In this document: one piece after another, positions 27,149-37,306 of the stretch
Position numbering within the stretch: the stretch's first letter is position 1
Layout of the letters: each line of letters begins with the position of its first letter
Position numbers and translations under genes: made by a program
DNA from: a virus
Taxonomy: Duplodnaviria > Caudoviricetes
DNA length: 64,000 nt
Direction: 5' to 3' (one strand)
Virus record (IMG/VR): IMGVR_UViG_3300011701_000001
Span: 1-64,000 of that record
Notes under the pieces: generated by a model
Told to the model about the DNA's origin: nothing
Database searches by the model: none
Seen by the model: only the letters and a program-made list of their open reading frames with translations

Positions 27149-28411
27149 TTATTCTTCATCTCCACCTAACACTTCTATTTCTTGTTCTTCACCAGCTAAA
27201 GCTTTACGTTTAAACTCTGGAGTAAAGTCTGATGTATCTTCAAGCTCCATCTCAACATACCAAGCTTGTCCGTGAGTATCACCTGTAAACTTGCAATTAC
27301 GAACACGATATAACCCGTCTGCTCTGGGATTGCCTGTGTCAATCCTCACCATACCAAAAGGTTTAATGTCTGGATTAATAAGAGCTTTAGCAGATAAGAA
27401 TCTACGATAGACAGTAATCTTCTTAGGGGGTTTAGTCCAACGTAAATTTCCTTCTTTGTCTTTCTTTTGCTCACCAGTCTTTTTATCAACAACAGCTTTG
27501 ATTGCCTTTCTTTCTACAACTAAACTTTCTGAAACTTTAGTATCATAAGGTACTTTAACATTTCTACTATCTAAGTAAGGTTGTTCAACCAATCCAGTTT
27601 CATAACCAAGAACAACTGCTGTCTTCGAGTCTTTATCTTCGTAAAGAACTCTTATGCTTTCTTTCTTGTGATTTTCAGTGTTGTTATCTGCTGAAAGTTG
27701 AACCCTCTTGTTATCTTTAATAGCTTCAATTAATGGTGTATAAAACCCGACATAACTTTGATCTGAGATGTAAAACATGTAATGTCTTTTACCATCTTCA
27801 AAAACTTCTGTGTGGTAAGATAAACCAAAGTTGTCACAAATCTTCTTAAGGTAATCACCAAGAGTTCCTGAGAAAGACCAATTCAAAACAGTTGTTTGTT
27901 GAATAATCTTAAGTAACTCTGTTGAGTTCTGTTCTTGGTCTGGTGTAAGTTTCAGGGAGAACTCACCACCAAACACTTCCCCAATATCTTTTAACAACTC
28001 TTCAATAGATGTATTAACATACTGTTTACTCTGAACTGTACCAAGTCTGAAACTTCTAAAGTTTGCACTAACATTCATTGTGGTTTCAGAAGTTCCTTGA
28101 CCTTTTGTGTATTTAATCTCAGAAGTAACACCAGCATAGAACAAAGTTTGGAAGTTTTCCTTGTCACCTTCATAACCAACACTTAACCCAACTTCAGTTT
28201 GAAAGTTATTATTTACATAACCACCAAGTTTTTCTGCTGTAGCTTGTGTTAATCCAAAGATGGTGATTTTACCTGTTGATGAATTTGTATTCTCATCAGC
28301 ACTTTTAAAGAACTCAAATGAGATACGCAATTTCTGATCAATAGTAAACTTCTTCTTTGTCACAAGGTTTGTAAATTCAAGTTTACATAATCTTCCTGAT
28401 TGTATTCTCAT
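27149..28411 (-). CDS. Baseplate hub protein
   Basis: ITIFGL...VGY...LINP.I.P...G.YRV...F.GDTHG.AW. Confidence 0.75.
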   Translation of the reverse strand: MRIQSGRLCKLEFTNLVTKKKFTIDQKLRISFEFFKSADENTNSSTGKITIFGLTQATAEKLGGYVNNNFQTEVGLSVGYEGDKENFQTLFYAGVTSEIKYTKGQGTSETTMNVSANFRSFRLGTVQSKQYVNTSIEELLKDIGEVFGGEFSLKLTPDQEQNSTELLKIIQQTTVLNWSFSGTLGDYLKKICDNFGLSYHTEVFEDGKRHYMFYISDQSYVGFYTPLIEAIKDNKRVQLSADNNTENHKKESIRVLYEDKDSKTAVVLGYETGLVEQPYLDSRNVKVPYDTKVSESLVVERKAIKAVVDKKTGEQKKDKEGNLRWTKPPKKITVYRRFLSAKALINPDIKPFGMVRIDTGNPRADGLYRVRNCKFTGDTHGQAWYVEMELEDTSDFTPEFKRKALAGEEQEIEVLGGDEE

Positions 28412-28433
28412 TTGTTCTCCAAAACGTTATAGG

Positions 28434-28817
28434 TTACTCAATATCACTTAAGTTTCTAAAACCTTCCAATCTCTCTGTTGGTGGTAGTGATACAAAAGCA
28501 AGTCTGTAACTACTACTCCAATTTAAATAATCTGTAGAGGTTTGTTTAACACCATTAATAGTTAATGCTTCAAGAGTGACATAAACATCTAACTCGTTTA
28601 GAATCATGTTGAAGTTTAAGAACACTCTATCTAGGTTAGTAATGAATGTTGGTTTTAGATAAACAATCTCACCATCGTAAGAGGTTAAAGAAATTAACCT
28701 TTGCCCTTTGCGACTGTTGTAAGAAGCAGTTAGTAAGCAAGGAACGCCAAATATATCAACAGGGCAGACATATTTAGAGAAGTTTTTTAACTCAACATAG
28801 GTTATATCTACCGTCAT
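28434..28817 (-). CDS. Baseplate/virion structural protein
   Basis: Synteny between Dit-like and hub genes. Confidence 0.55.
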   Translation of the reverse strand: MTVDITYVELKNFSKYVCPVDIFGVPCLLTASYNSRKGQRLISLTSYDGEIVYLKPTFITNLDRVFLNFNMILNELDVYVTLEALTINGVKQTSTDYLNWSSSYRLAFVSLPPTERLEGFRNLSDIE

Positions 28818-29650
28818 TATCTAGCCCCTGTATAATAGTTTTCTGGCTTCATAATAACCCAACCGCCAGTGTTAGGGCTTGGAATTACCTTCCATGAAAC
28901 AGCTTTAACATTACCAGAACGTATCTCGTTGTTAATAGCTTCCCAGAGGTTTGTTTGTGTAATCTTTGAATCTACTTCACTCTGAGCTTTTGCTAGTCTC
29001 TTGATTGCATCGGGATCACCTTTAACAGCTTTTGTTGCAGCGGTCTTGCTAGTGACGCTTTCATTTGGTGTTGTTTCTGAACCTGTTTCAGTTGATTGTT
29101 TTGCAGTTGTACTTGTTGCATTTTGATTTAATATAGGTACAATCTGAGGGATTGCATTTGGAACATCTTCTTCTAAAACTGTAGCTTGTCTAACTTGCAC
29201 AATTTGCATCGAAGGGAATACTGCACCATGTCTATCAGCAGTTGTATTAAATACTAAACCTCGCATTACACAACTATCAATACGATCAACTTCTGTACCG
29301 CTAATATCATCCAAACTTGTAGACTTAATGATAGAGAAAGGCTGCTTAGATTCGTATATATTTCTAATCTTCTTCTCAATATCAATGTGAGTTTCTACAG
29401 GGTTGTTACTTTCATCCCGAACAACAAACTCACCATCAATTAAAACAATCTCTCTCTTCATACTATTGTAGTAAGAGAACACCCCTGAGATTGAAAACTC
29501 AGGGTTTGAAAACACTACATTATCAGAGATAGGAAAACCAACTTCGGTTTCGTGCATTGTAACAATTGCAGAAAGGTTTTCACTGAAATCCGTAACACTA
29601 CTAAAGGAGACGATCTCATCTGTAGATGCAATTCTAAGACTATAAATCAT
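28817..29650 (-). CDS. Distal tail (Dit-like) protein
   Basis: VT.H..E.G..ISDN motif; follows tape measure. Confidence 0.7.
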   Translation of the reverse strand: MIYSLRIASTDEIVSFSSVTDFSENLSAIVTMHETEVGFPISDNVVFSNPEFSISGVFSYYNSMKREIVLIDGEFVVRDESNNPVETHIDIEKKIRNIYESKQPFSIIKSTSLDDISGTEVDRIDSCVMRGLVFNTTADRHGAVFPSMQIVQVRQATVLEEDVPNAIPQIVPILNQNATSTTAKQSTETGSETTPNESVTSKTAATKAVKGDPDAIKRLAKAQSEVDSKITQTNLWEAINNEIRSGNVKAVSWKVIPSPNTGGWVIMKPENYYTGAR

Positions 29651-29659
29651 TATCTCTCC

Positions 29660-31690
29660 TTAAGGTTGTGTCAGTGTTAGTGGACTTAAATCTCCAAGTC
29701 TTGCAGAACCTCGATCTAAAATACGCCCTGCTTGATCTTTAAGTAAGATATTCACAGTATTATTAGTTGACTTAGGTTCTTGGAAGTCTGGCAAGGTACT
29801 TGGGAATCTGCTGGTATCTGCTGGCTTGTTTGGTTTAAACTTTCTCTCAACAGCTCTAAGAGCATCTTTAGCATATCCTAAAACCCCAATGTCAGGGATC
29901 ATGTTTGATGCTCTAAAGGTACTACTATCACCAAACAATTCTAGAGGGTTCTTAGCGTAATACTTCATTTTCAAGAAGAAGTTATCAATCCTAGAAGATG
30001 CTAGATCAATATTTGCAAACAACAACTGAAACTGCATCCCAAGTAGAGTTACCCAGTTCACTTCACCAGAGTTACTTCTTTCTAAAGCAGATAGTGCTTC
30101 AAACAACGCCCAAACAACTAAGGTTGTCTTTCCGATTCTTTTGGCAAGAGTAATGTGTTTACTGCTTAGTATTGAAGTTTGCAAGGCGAACAGCTTAGAC
30201 ATGTTAGTAGCAGCTTTACCAGCAGTCGTGAACCTGAGAATTAGTAGTAATGCACCAGAAAGTGCTACAAGTAATCTTCCATCTACAGCAGAAGCAAGAT
30301 TCTTAACTCCAACCCCAAAATCCCACACACCTTTAGTCATTAAACCAAAACCTTTAATCATTGGTTCAATAAGCTCTAGGACTTTAGCCATACCAGAGAA
30401 TACATAGAATAAAGATTTATCCAATCCACTACTCATGATAGTTTGAGACAACTTATCAATAGCATTCATGAATCGTTGTTGAGCAACAGCAGAGGTTTGA
30501 AGCATCTTGTTTAAGGCATCATTGTTATTTGCCATAGCTCTCATTCTTTCTGAGAGGTTTACAGCGATATCTTCAACCTTAACTGCGCCTTTTTGACGCA
30601 TATTTTCGTAACCAGCACTATCAACACCGTAGACTTCCATAGCTGATTGCTTAATCAACTCTTTAGCTGGAAGACCACGTTCAGCCATTTGTCCTTCTTC
30701 TTCAGCTTCGATCTTACCCTTAGTAAGCATTTGTCCGAATGCACGATAGATACCTTTCTGGTCATCTACGTTAGCACCCATAGCTGTCATCAACTCACCG
30801 AAGCCTGTGAATACTTTCTCAATATCCTCATACTTCATTTTACCACGAGCTGATTGTAAGACTTTACCAAAAGCCATACCCATCTCTTGTGTACTTTGAC
30901 CAAGACGATGAGATTCTTCATTTACAAACTGTAAGGCTTCTGCATATTGTTCTTGACCACTAGCTGCCATTAAAAGAACATTATTCATCTTAGTCATTTC
31001 ACGACCACGTTGAACAACTTCTTTAGCTGCAAAACCTGTTGATACTAATCCACCAGCAATTGCTGTAGCTGGAGTCATACTACGGAAGAAGTCTTTAACA
31101 CCTCCACCCAAAGCACCGAACATCATTGCACCGCCAGCAGCACTTGTAGGTGACTGTGTAGGGTGCGCTACAGATGGTCTAGGTGAAGTCTGATTACCAC
31201 CGTAATACTTGTTGTTTACAGCAACACTACCAGTACCTCTACGCATATCAGCCATAGACTGTTTAAAGCTACGCATCTCGTTGTTAGCAGAAGAAACATT
31301 CTTACGATATGCTTCCCAAGCATTACTACCTTTCCATACAGTAGTACGAATGTTGTTTAAAGCTTTAACAAGAACAGGTTCATGAGTTGTGATACTCTTG
31401 TGTGATTGCTCAACACGTTCAACGTAATTAGCTAAACGACTGTAGCTTTCAGACATTCCTTTGTTGTTCTTACTCTTAGAGCTCTTACTATCAGAAGCTA
31501 AACTTCTATTAAGAGCATCAACTTTCTTTTTAACTAAGGTTAGTTTATTAGCAACAACACCTAAGTTACGAGCAAACATTGCAGAGTTTTCACGTAGAGT
31601 ACGTAATCTTGATTCAAACTGTGCAGCACCAGTGTCATCAACTTTGAATCCAAGTGATGCAAACATTCTTGTTAATTCAGTTTGAGCCAT
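29660..31690 (-). CDS. Tape measure protein
   Basis: SLGFKVD N-terminus; QM..KGKI.AEE..Q..ER tape-measure domain. Confidence 0.9.
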   Translation of the reverse strand: MAQTELTRMFASLGFKVDDTGAAQFESRLRTLRENSAMFARNLGVVANKLTLVKKKVDALNRSLASDSKSSKSKNNKGMSESYSRLANYVERVEQSHKSITTHEPVLVKALNNIRTTVWKGSNAWEAYRKNVSSANNEMRSFKQSMADMRRGTGSVAVNNKYYGGNQTSPRPSVAHPTQSPTSAAGGAMMFGALGGGVKDFFRSMTPATAIAGGLVSTGFAAKEVVQRGREMTKMNNVLLMAASGQEQYAEALQFVNEESHRLGQSTQEMGMAFGKVLQSARGKMKYEDIEKVFTGFGELMTAMGANVDDQKGIYRAFGQMLTKGKIEAEEEGQMAERGLPAKELIKQSAMEVYGVDSAGYENMRQKGAVKVEDIAVNLSERMRAMANNNDALNKMLQTSAVAQQRFMNAIDKLSQTIMSSGLDKSLFYVFSGMAKVLELIEPMIKGFGLMTKGVWDFGVGVKNLASAVDGRLLVALSGALLLILRFTTAGKAATNMSKLFALQTSILSSKHITLAKRIGKTTLVVWALFEALSALERSNSGEVNWVTLLGMQFQLLFANIDLASSRIDNFFLKMKYYAKNPLELFGDSSTFRASNMIPDIGVLGYAKDALRAVERKFKPNKPADTSRFPSTLPDFQEPKSTNNTVNILLKDQAGRILDRGSARLGDLSPLTLTQP

Positions 31691-31695
31691 AATCC

Positions 31696-31985
31696 CTACT
31701 TCCTATTATTCTTAGCTTCTTGTTCTTTTTGGATTCTGATTTCTTCAATCTTATACATCTTACGCATATCTAAAGCTTCAAGAACATCCTGAACTTCTTC
31801 AACTGACATGTTTTTCAAATTGTTATATGTTGCAACAACATCAATCTTTTCTTGTTGTAAGATGATTAACCACTCAACAGGCATTGACCAATCTTGCTCT
31901 AACCTTCTTAACTCGTTAGGATTTACCCTCGATGATGAATTTTCGGGGACTGTTAACCCACATTCATACCGAGTTCCGAAAAAAC
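31696..31985 (-). CDS. -1 frame extension of the tail assembly chaperone (GT-type product)
   Basis: The -1 frame is open from the GTTTTTTC slippery site (31978..31985) through ORF 31696..31884. Confidence 0.7.
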
Positions 31986-32348
31986 ATCTTTGTAGTTATA
32001 AAGAACGATTTCAGCAACAAGTTTATAGAGGGTTACATAGTTTTGAGAGAACTCAGTATCGAAATCAATCTTACCTGATTCTGTTTTAGCTCCAGTTAGA
32101 AGTTCTTCAATTAAGTTAAATAATGAATCATCATCTGAATGCTCCATAACTGATTGCACAGCTACAGCTAAATATTCTAAGATTGTATTATCTTCTTTTA
32201 ATGTACCAACTTCTTTAAGTACAGGTGCTAAGAGACGTACAACTTTTTGTTTAATCTTAAATCCTTTCTTACCAAGAAAAGGTTCTAGGATGTATTTCTT
32301 ATCTTTAATTTCTACGATTTTATAATTATCTGACATTTTATTCTCCAA
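31953..32348 (-). CDS. Tail assembly chaperone
   Basis: Position before tape measure; slippery run near the 3' end. Confidence 0.75.
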   Translation of the reverse strand: MENKMSDNYKIVEIKDKKYILEPFLGKKGFKIKQKVVRLLAPVLKEVGTLKEDNTILEYLAVAVQSVMEHSDDDSLFNLIEELLTGAKTESGKIDFDTEFSQNYVTLYKLVAEIVLYNYKDVFSELGMNVG

Positions 32349-32361
32349 TTTTCATTTAAAT

Positions 32362-32946
32362 TTATTCGTTACCAATCTGATTAACATTCAGTAGAGGTCT
32401 TCTCACAATATCATCAGCACCTTGATTATAAGGGAAGCTTGTGGCATTTCCGTCATACCCAGTTGGTGCAGTTTCAGTTGTGATTTTAGCTTTCTCATTT
32501 CCAGTGATAGCACGTCTTGTTTTAACTGAGAAAACAACTGTTTTAGCACTGCCTTCTTTGTCTAAGGTTCTTCCACCTAATGAAAGAATACTTCCAACAA
32601 AAGAATCAACCACTTCACCATTCTCGATTACAGTGATGGGTAATACTGCTTTTTCTTGTTTTAACATCACGTCTAGCGTCTGTAGAGCACTGTAGCATCG
32701 CGATGTTGTTAGTAAGGTAACTGACAAGGTAACTTCACTAAAGTCCTCTACAATCGCGTAATATTGAGCGTCAACACCCTTTACGGTTGAGGTCTTAGTA
32801 TCTTCTGATAATTCTGCTGATATAATCCCATCTAACTCTAATCCTTCCGCAACAATAACTTTGTTTTTAGATGGATCATAAGTTTTAGTTTTCTTTGTAA
32901 CAACACCTTTAAGGAAGTCTTTAGCTTCTCCAATTAGCCCAAGCAT
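32362..32946 (-). CDS. Tail tube-like paralog 3
   Basis: TYDPS..V...LSVTLLTTS similarity to neighbouring tube genes. Confidence 0.55.
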   Translation of the reverse strand: MLGLIGEAKDFLKGVVTKKTKTYDPSKNKVIVAEGLELDGIISAELSEDTKTSTVKGVDAQYYAIVEDFSEVTLSVTLLTTSRCYSALQTLDVMLKQEKAVLPITVIENGEVVDSFVGSILSLGGRTLDKEGSAKTVVFSVKTRRAITGNEKAKITTETAPTGYDGNATSFPYNQGADDIVRRPLLNVNQIGNE

Positions 32947-33524
32947 TAGAACATCTCCTTAAGTTTAGATACAGCACCTTGTTGAAATGAGGTTAGTTGG
33001 TCAGTAAAACTACTAAGGTTAATACCAAACATGTTTGCAACCTCTAAAGCTCCAGCAAGTAATTGTAATGTTTCAATGATTTGATCAGGTTCAACATTAC
33101 CACCATAAGTGTAACTTGGAGATATACAAAGGAATGACCATTCACTCACAGACATTGTACTGTTAAACTCTTTATCTGGTACTGTCTCAAAGAATACATC
33201 AGTACAAAAGAAGTTAGTGTCACCACTTTTGTCTTTAATACTTAATGGCATCTTAAATTCAACACCAGCTCTCTCATACAACTTATAAATCAAGTGCAAC
33301 CAAGAGTTAGCTGATGATGTGCTTTGAAGGGATACAGTGACACGATATGGAGTATATTTATTTACAGTAGCTTTAGCACTTCCATCTTGTGCAACCTCAA
33401 GAGTTGTTGTAACTTCCTCTTTAGTGATTCTTACAACACTCTCAGATGAGAAGCCTTCCATTTGAACACCAAACAAAGAAACTTCAACTAGGCTTGGGGC
33501 ATAACTTGCAACTTCTCGTGTCAT
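32946..33524 (-). CDS. Tail tube-like paralog 2 (DUF3277-like)
   Basis: SYAPS.V...EGF...DG...V.LQSTSSAN..L...IKDKSG. Confidence 0.7.
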   Translation of the reverse strand: MTREVASYAPSLVEVSLFGVQMEGFSSESVVRITKEEVTTTLEVAQDGSAKATVNKYTPYRVTVSLQSTSSANSWLHLIYKLYERAGVEFKMPLSIKDKSGDTNFFCTDVFFETVPDKEFNSTMSVSEWSFLCISPSYTYGGNVEPDQIIETLQLLAGALEVANMFGINLSSFTDQLTSFQQGAVSKLKEMF

Positions 33525-33558
33525 TGTATTTCCTATTTATTTTAATTGATTATTGATC

Positions 33559-34092
33559 TTAGTTAATCAACCAATCTTCATCTAAGACGTAACCTAATTG
33601 TTCCAACACTTGTTGTACATCAGCTCCCGCGCGAGTGTTACCACCAACATGCCAATCCGAATACGGCATGATAATTTGCCAATCGTTAGTAGCTAATGTT
33701 CCACCGAATGATTGGTTTGGAAGCATAGTTACACGAGCTTGTGTACTAAACAAAGCTGTACGACCACTCTTATCAATAATAGAGATAGCGAACAAACCTT
33801 GACCACGAAGGTTTTGTTTATCGTATTCATAGATACGGGATAACACATCGTTAGAAGATGAAGTTTGTGCTAGGTGTAAAGTAACCATAGCTGTTTCATC
33901 AATGTTATGAACATATGATACAAAACCATCTGTACCTACTGAGTGTGTCCAAGCAGCTTCACCACGCTCAATGTCAATTGCTGTGTCATCAGCATATCCT
34001 TCGACAACGTGAGTAACACCTGTTGCTGTATGGCTGATAACAGCTAATACCTGAGAAGGTACTAAGCTACCAGCCTGACGACCATTTGCCAT
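33559..34092 (-). CDS. Tail tube protein (DUF3277-like)
   Basis: EGYADD...VG.DG...LAQTSSSNDVL...IDKSG. Confidence 0.75.
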   Translation of the reverse strand: MANGRQAGSLVPSQVLAVISHTATGVTHVVEGYADDTAIDIERGEAAWTHSVGTDGFVSYVHNIDETAMVTLHLAQTSSSNDVLSRIYEYDKQNLRGQGLFAISIIDKSGRTALFSTQARVTMLPNQSFGGTLATNDWQIIMPYSDWHVGGNTRAGADVQQVLEQLGYVLDEDWLIN

Positions 34093-34106
34093 TTATAATT
34101 CTCCTA

Positions 34107-35153
34107 TTAAGCGTAAACTGTACCGCGAATACCATCAACTTTCTGAATAGCACCAGCAAGACGAGCTTCAAAAGTGATACCTGAAAGGATACGAGTATTA
34201 CGAGTAGATGATGGGATGTTGTTAGCGTTAGGAACAACTACACGGATAGGGTCATCAGCAGTTAGGATGTTCATTGCTACAGCTTCATCTAGTACTTCAC
34301 GAAGTTTAATTTCAACCATCGAAATACCAGCGTTAGTGTAGTTGATTTTGTTCTGAGCTTTGATTAACCCCCAGATACGTTCACCCGTACGAACTTCAAT
34401 CCATGTTGCTCCAAGCATTACATCGATGTATTCGCCACCAACCACTTTGTTCTCACCAAAAACAACACTTTCATCTTCTACAGTTGTGTAGTAGTTAGCA
34501 TTCTTAGATTGCAGGTAAGCTTCTTCTGTTGCTGTATACCCGTCAGCAATAACACCATCAAGCTCTTTGTAAATCCAGACAGCACTACCAATAGGTTCAG
34601 CAGAGAATCGACCAACCCAAGCTGCTTCAATCATTGCATTACTCACACCATCTTTAGTGTAAATACCGAATGATCGATCATAACTTTTAGCTTTTAACTT
34701 GCTAAAAATGTCTGTTGTTGCAGCGGTATAAGTTGCAGCATTACTATCACTAAATACATAGAACATACGAGATTGAGTTTCTACATAATCAGCAATTGCT
34801 TCCTTTTCTGCATCCGTAGCAGTATCAGTGATGACATATAAAAACTTATTATACGCTCCTTGTTGACGTACAAGAGCTTCTACGTAAGTTTCACCGTCTT
34901 TAACAACACCAACAACAACTTTACTAGGTCGAGGGTCTTGAGCAAAAACTCTTTGTGCTGCAATATATGCTACATCTGTTGTTAGAAATCCATCTTCCAA
35001 CATAGCGGTAGTTGATTCATAGATTCTGTAATCTTCATCTGCTGTGAATCGAGTGTGTTTTGTTAAAAATAAGATTGTTTCTAAGTCACGAACAGTAACA
35101 TTGTTACTTTGACGAACAATCTCAACCTTAACAACATTATCAATCGTTGCCAT
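34107..35153 (-). CDS. Tail sheath protein (DUF3383-like)
   Basis: F.QDPRP, W.YK.L.GV, GEYID.M.G..W, YT.AG, A.LAGAI motifs. Confidence 0.85.
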   Translation of the reverse strand: MATIDNVVKVEIVRQSNNVTVRDLETILFLTKHTRFTADEDYRIYESTTAMLEDGFLTTDVAYIAAQRVFAQDPRPSKVVVGVVKDGETYVEALVRQQGAYNKFLYVITDTATDAEKEAIADYVETQSRMFYVFSDSNAATYTAATTDIFSKLKAKSYDRSFGIYTKDGVSNAMIEAAWVGRFSAEPIGSAVWIYKELDGVIADGYTATEEAYLQSKNANYYTTVEDESVVFGENKVVGGEYIDVMLGATWIEVRTGERIWGLIKAQNKINYTNAGISMVEIKLREVLDEAVAMNILTADDPIRVVVPNANNIPSSTRNTRILSGITFEARLAGAIQKVDGIRGTVYA

Positions 35154-35202
35154 TTTGTTTCCTTTGTTTGTGGTGCGGTTTGTTAATTAACATTTATTAT
35201 TG

Positions 35203-36228
35203 TTAGGGGTACAGAGTCCCATTTACTGTAACAACACCAACAATGGCGTGTTCTCTTTCATAGGAAAAGTCGAATGATACTTTCCTTTGTTGTCTATTTA
35301 ATTGTGGGTTGTAAACCTTGTATGAGATAATTCCATTTTGTCTAAGGTTGAACTCTAAAACTTCCTTAATCTTCATCTCAATTTGATCATCACCATTTCG
35401 TGTTGCAGAAATCTTAGGGGAGTCTTTCAGCAGCTTCCAAACATTTCTTCTTATAGCCCACTTAATCCAATCATCATTGACTTTGTGATCAATCCATTCT
35501 CCATCACAAGTCTTTCCACTACCCCATGTGTAGAAGTCAATCCCATCAATACTGTTCATAAAAGATGCTGAAGAAGGAATTGTTGGTGTGTCTATAGGAT
35601 CAACACCATTTAATGATTTACCTAACCATTGCATCTGAGATGGGAACACGTTAGCACAATAGCTAATCCAAGCTGCTTCGGGGTACTTTAAGGATGTTGC
35701 TGTAACTTCTAAGTAACTGTCCCAGAGGACAACATCCCAACTACTCCACAACCAAGATTGAGCATCCCACCACCATACTAGGTTTGAAATACCCTTAACT
35801 TGTGCTGTAACATCTTCATATTTTGTGAAGAAGATTAACTTATCATCGCGCTCTGTCAGCAAGAATGATGATAATGATAGGATGTCTGAAATCTCTTTGC
35901 TTTCTAGTGTAATGTAGTAATAAAGAGTGTTGTGAGAAGCTTTGTAAGCCTCTACATACGTTTCTATACTACGCTTAGCTACTAACACTACAGAATCAAC
36001 TCTTTGTTTCTGAGAGAAAGCCATAGCGCAATACGCGTATGCGTTAGAATCCTTACTGTAACCTTTATCTATAACTTCTTTTAATGAGGTAACTTCTACT
36101 GTTCTTTCTACTTCATCGTTTTCAGATATAAAAGCAGGAGTATAAAAAGCATAACGATTAACTTCTTTTTTATTGATGCTTACATTAACAACAACAGGGA
36201 TTGTGTTTCTTAAATTTTGCATTAACAC
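35203..36228 (-). CDS. Second, diverged tail sheath paralog
   Basis: Co-linear similarity to 34107..35153 (ETYVEA, EAAW, GEWID..W, GT.Y). Confidence 0.75.
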   Translation of the reverse strand: MLMQNLRNTIPVVVNVSINKKEVNRYAFYTPAFISENDEVERTVEVTSLKEVIDKGYSKDSNAYAYCAMAFSQKQRVDSVVLVAKRSIETYVEAYKASHNTLYYYITLESKEISDILSLSSFLLTERDDKLIFFTKYEDVTAQVKGISNLVWWWDAQSWLWSSWDVVLWDSYLEVTATSLKYPEAAWISYCANVFPSQMQWLGKSLNGVDPIDTPTIPSSASFMNSIDGIDFYTWGSGKTCDGEWIDHKVNDDWIKWAIRRNVWKLLKDSPKISATRNGDDQIEMKIKEVLEFNLRQNGIISYKVYNPQLNRQQRKVSFDFSYEREHAIVGVVTVNGTLYP

Positions 36229-36241
36229 CTTCCTGTTACTA

Positions 36242-37306
36242 TTAGATTAATTTTGACACAGTAACTTCAATATTGGAGATGGACATTGCTCTACTATAAG
36301 TTTTAACTCTAATTGTTAACCCATTAGTTGATAAAGGTGTGTCACCATATATTACTGTACTGAAATTCATATCCTGAATTAAGCTGTCACCTCTTACTAA
36401 ACGATCTTCACTGTAAGGATTTTCTGTTGTGTCCTTACTCATTGAAATGTTAATGTAATCCGCCTGTGATCCAGCTTGAACTTTAAATCTAACTCGCACA
36501 GAATAAAAACCTTGTGGGTCTTGTAATAAGTATTTCTGTGTTGTTGGGTTATAGAATGTAGTAACCGATGTAGGTAAGTTTGTTTCAAGTTTAACACCAG
36601 CACTATTAGGTAAAACAACCTGAGTGTTAGTGGCAATAACTAAAGGGGAGGCATCTGTATAAACACCATCTTTATAACTTGCCCAACCATATTGCTTAGG
36701 TGGTGTATCAGATGTTACTGTTGTTGTGTCTGTATAAGTAACTGTTACTGACATATCAGGGTTGAAAGTGATAGAAGAAACTGTTCTACCGTCTTCACCA
36801 TCCTCACCCTTATCACCTTTTTGACCCTGAATACCTTGCAGTCCTTGAATACCACGAATATCAGTAGCTAATGCAATATCAGAAACTAATCCAGATGAGC
36901 CTAAATATAAACCACTTGCAGGAGGTGTTCCAGTACCACCAGTCCAAGAATCAACCCTAACAACTCTACGGTTATTATCTGCTACAACAGATAAGACAGG
37001 AGACCAACCATTGAAACCTTGATCACCTTTGTCGCCTTTAGCTCCTGTAGCACCCTTAGCTCCAGTATCCCCCTTTTCACCTTTCTCCCCTCTATCACCC
37101 TTAGCGCCAGTAGCACCTGTTGCACCTACAGCACCAGCATCACCTTTTTCACCTTTAAATATAGGTTGTAAGGCTGTTGTGAAATCTAAGCGAGAAATCT
37201 TTTTAGCATCTGTTCCATTATCAATAGCAAATAAGAAGTCGTTTGCTGTAAACTCTTCTGCTGTCATTGTTGGTAAATCACCAACTCTAATTTCACCCGT
37301 TGCCAT
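36242..37306 (-). CDS. Collagen-like neck/head fibre protein
   Basis: Gly-X-Y runs (GEKGDAGAVGATG...). Confidence 0.8.
   Translation of the reverse strand: MATGEIRVGDLPTMTAEEFTANDFLFAIDNGTDAKKISRLDFTTALQPIFKGEKGDAGAVGATGATGAKGDRGEKGEKGDTGAKGATGAKGDKGDQGFNGWSPVLSVVADNNRRVVRVDSWTGGTGTPPASGLYLGSSGLVSDIALATDIRGIQGLQGIQGQKGDKGEDGEDGRTVSSITFNPDMSVTVTYTDTTTVTSDTPPKQYGWASYKDGVYTDASPLVIATNTQVVLPNSAGVKLETNLPTSVTTFYNPTTQKYLLQDPQGFYSVRVRFKVQAGSQADYINISMSKDTTENPYSEDRLVRGDSLIQDMNFSTVIYGDTPLSTNGLTIRVKTYSRAMSISNIEVTVSKLI

Noticed and set aside
36800-37160. Tandem DNA repeats as a contingency or diversity-generating locus
   Set aside because: Explained by Gly-X-Y collagen codons.
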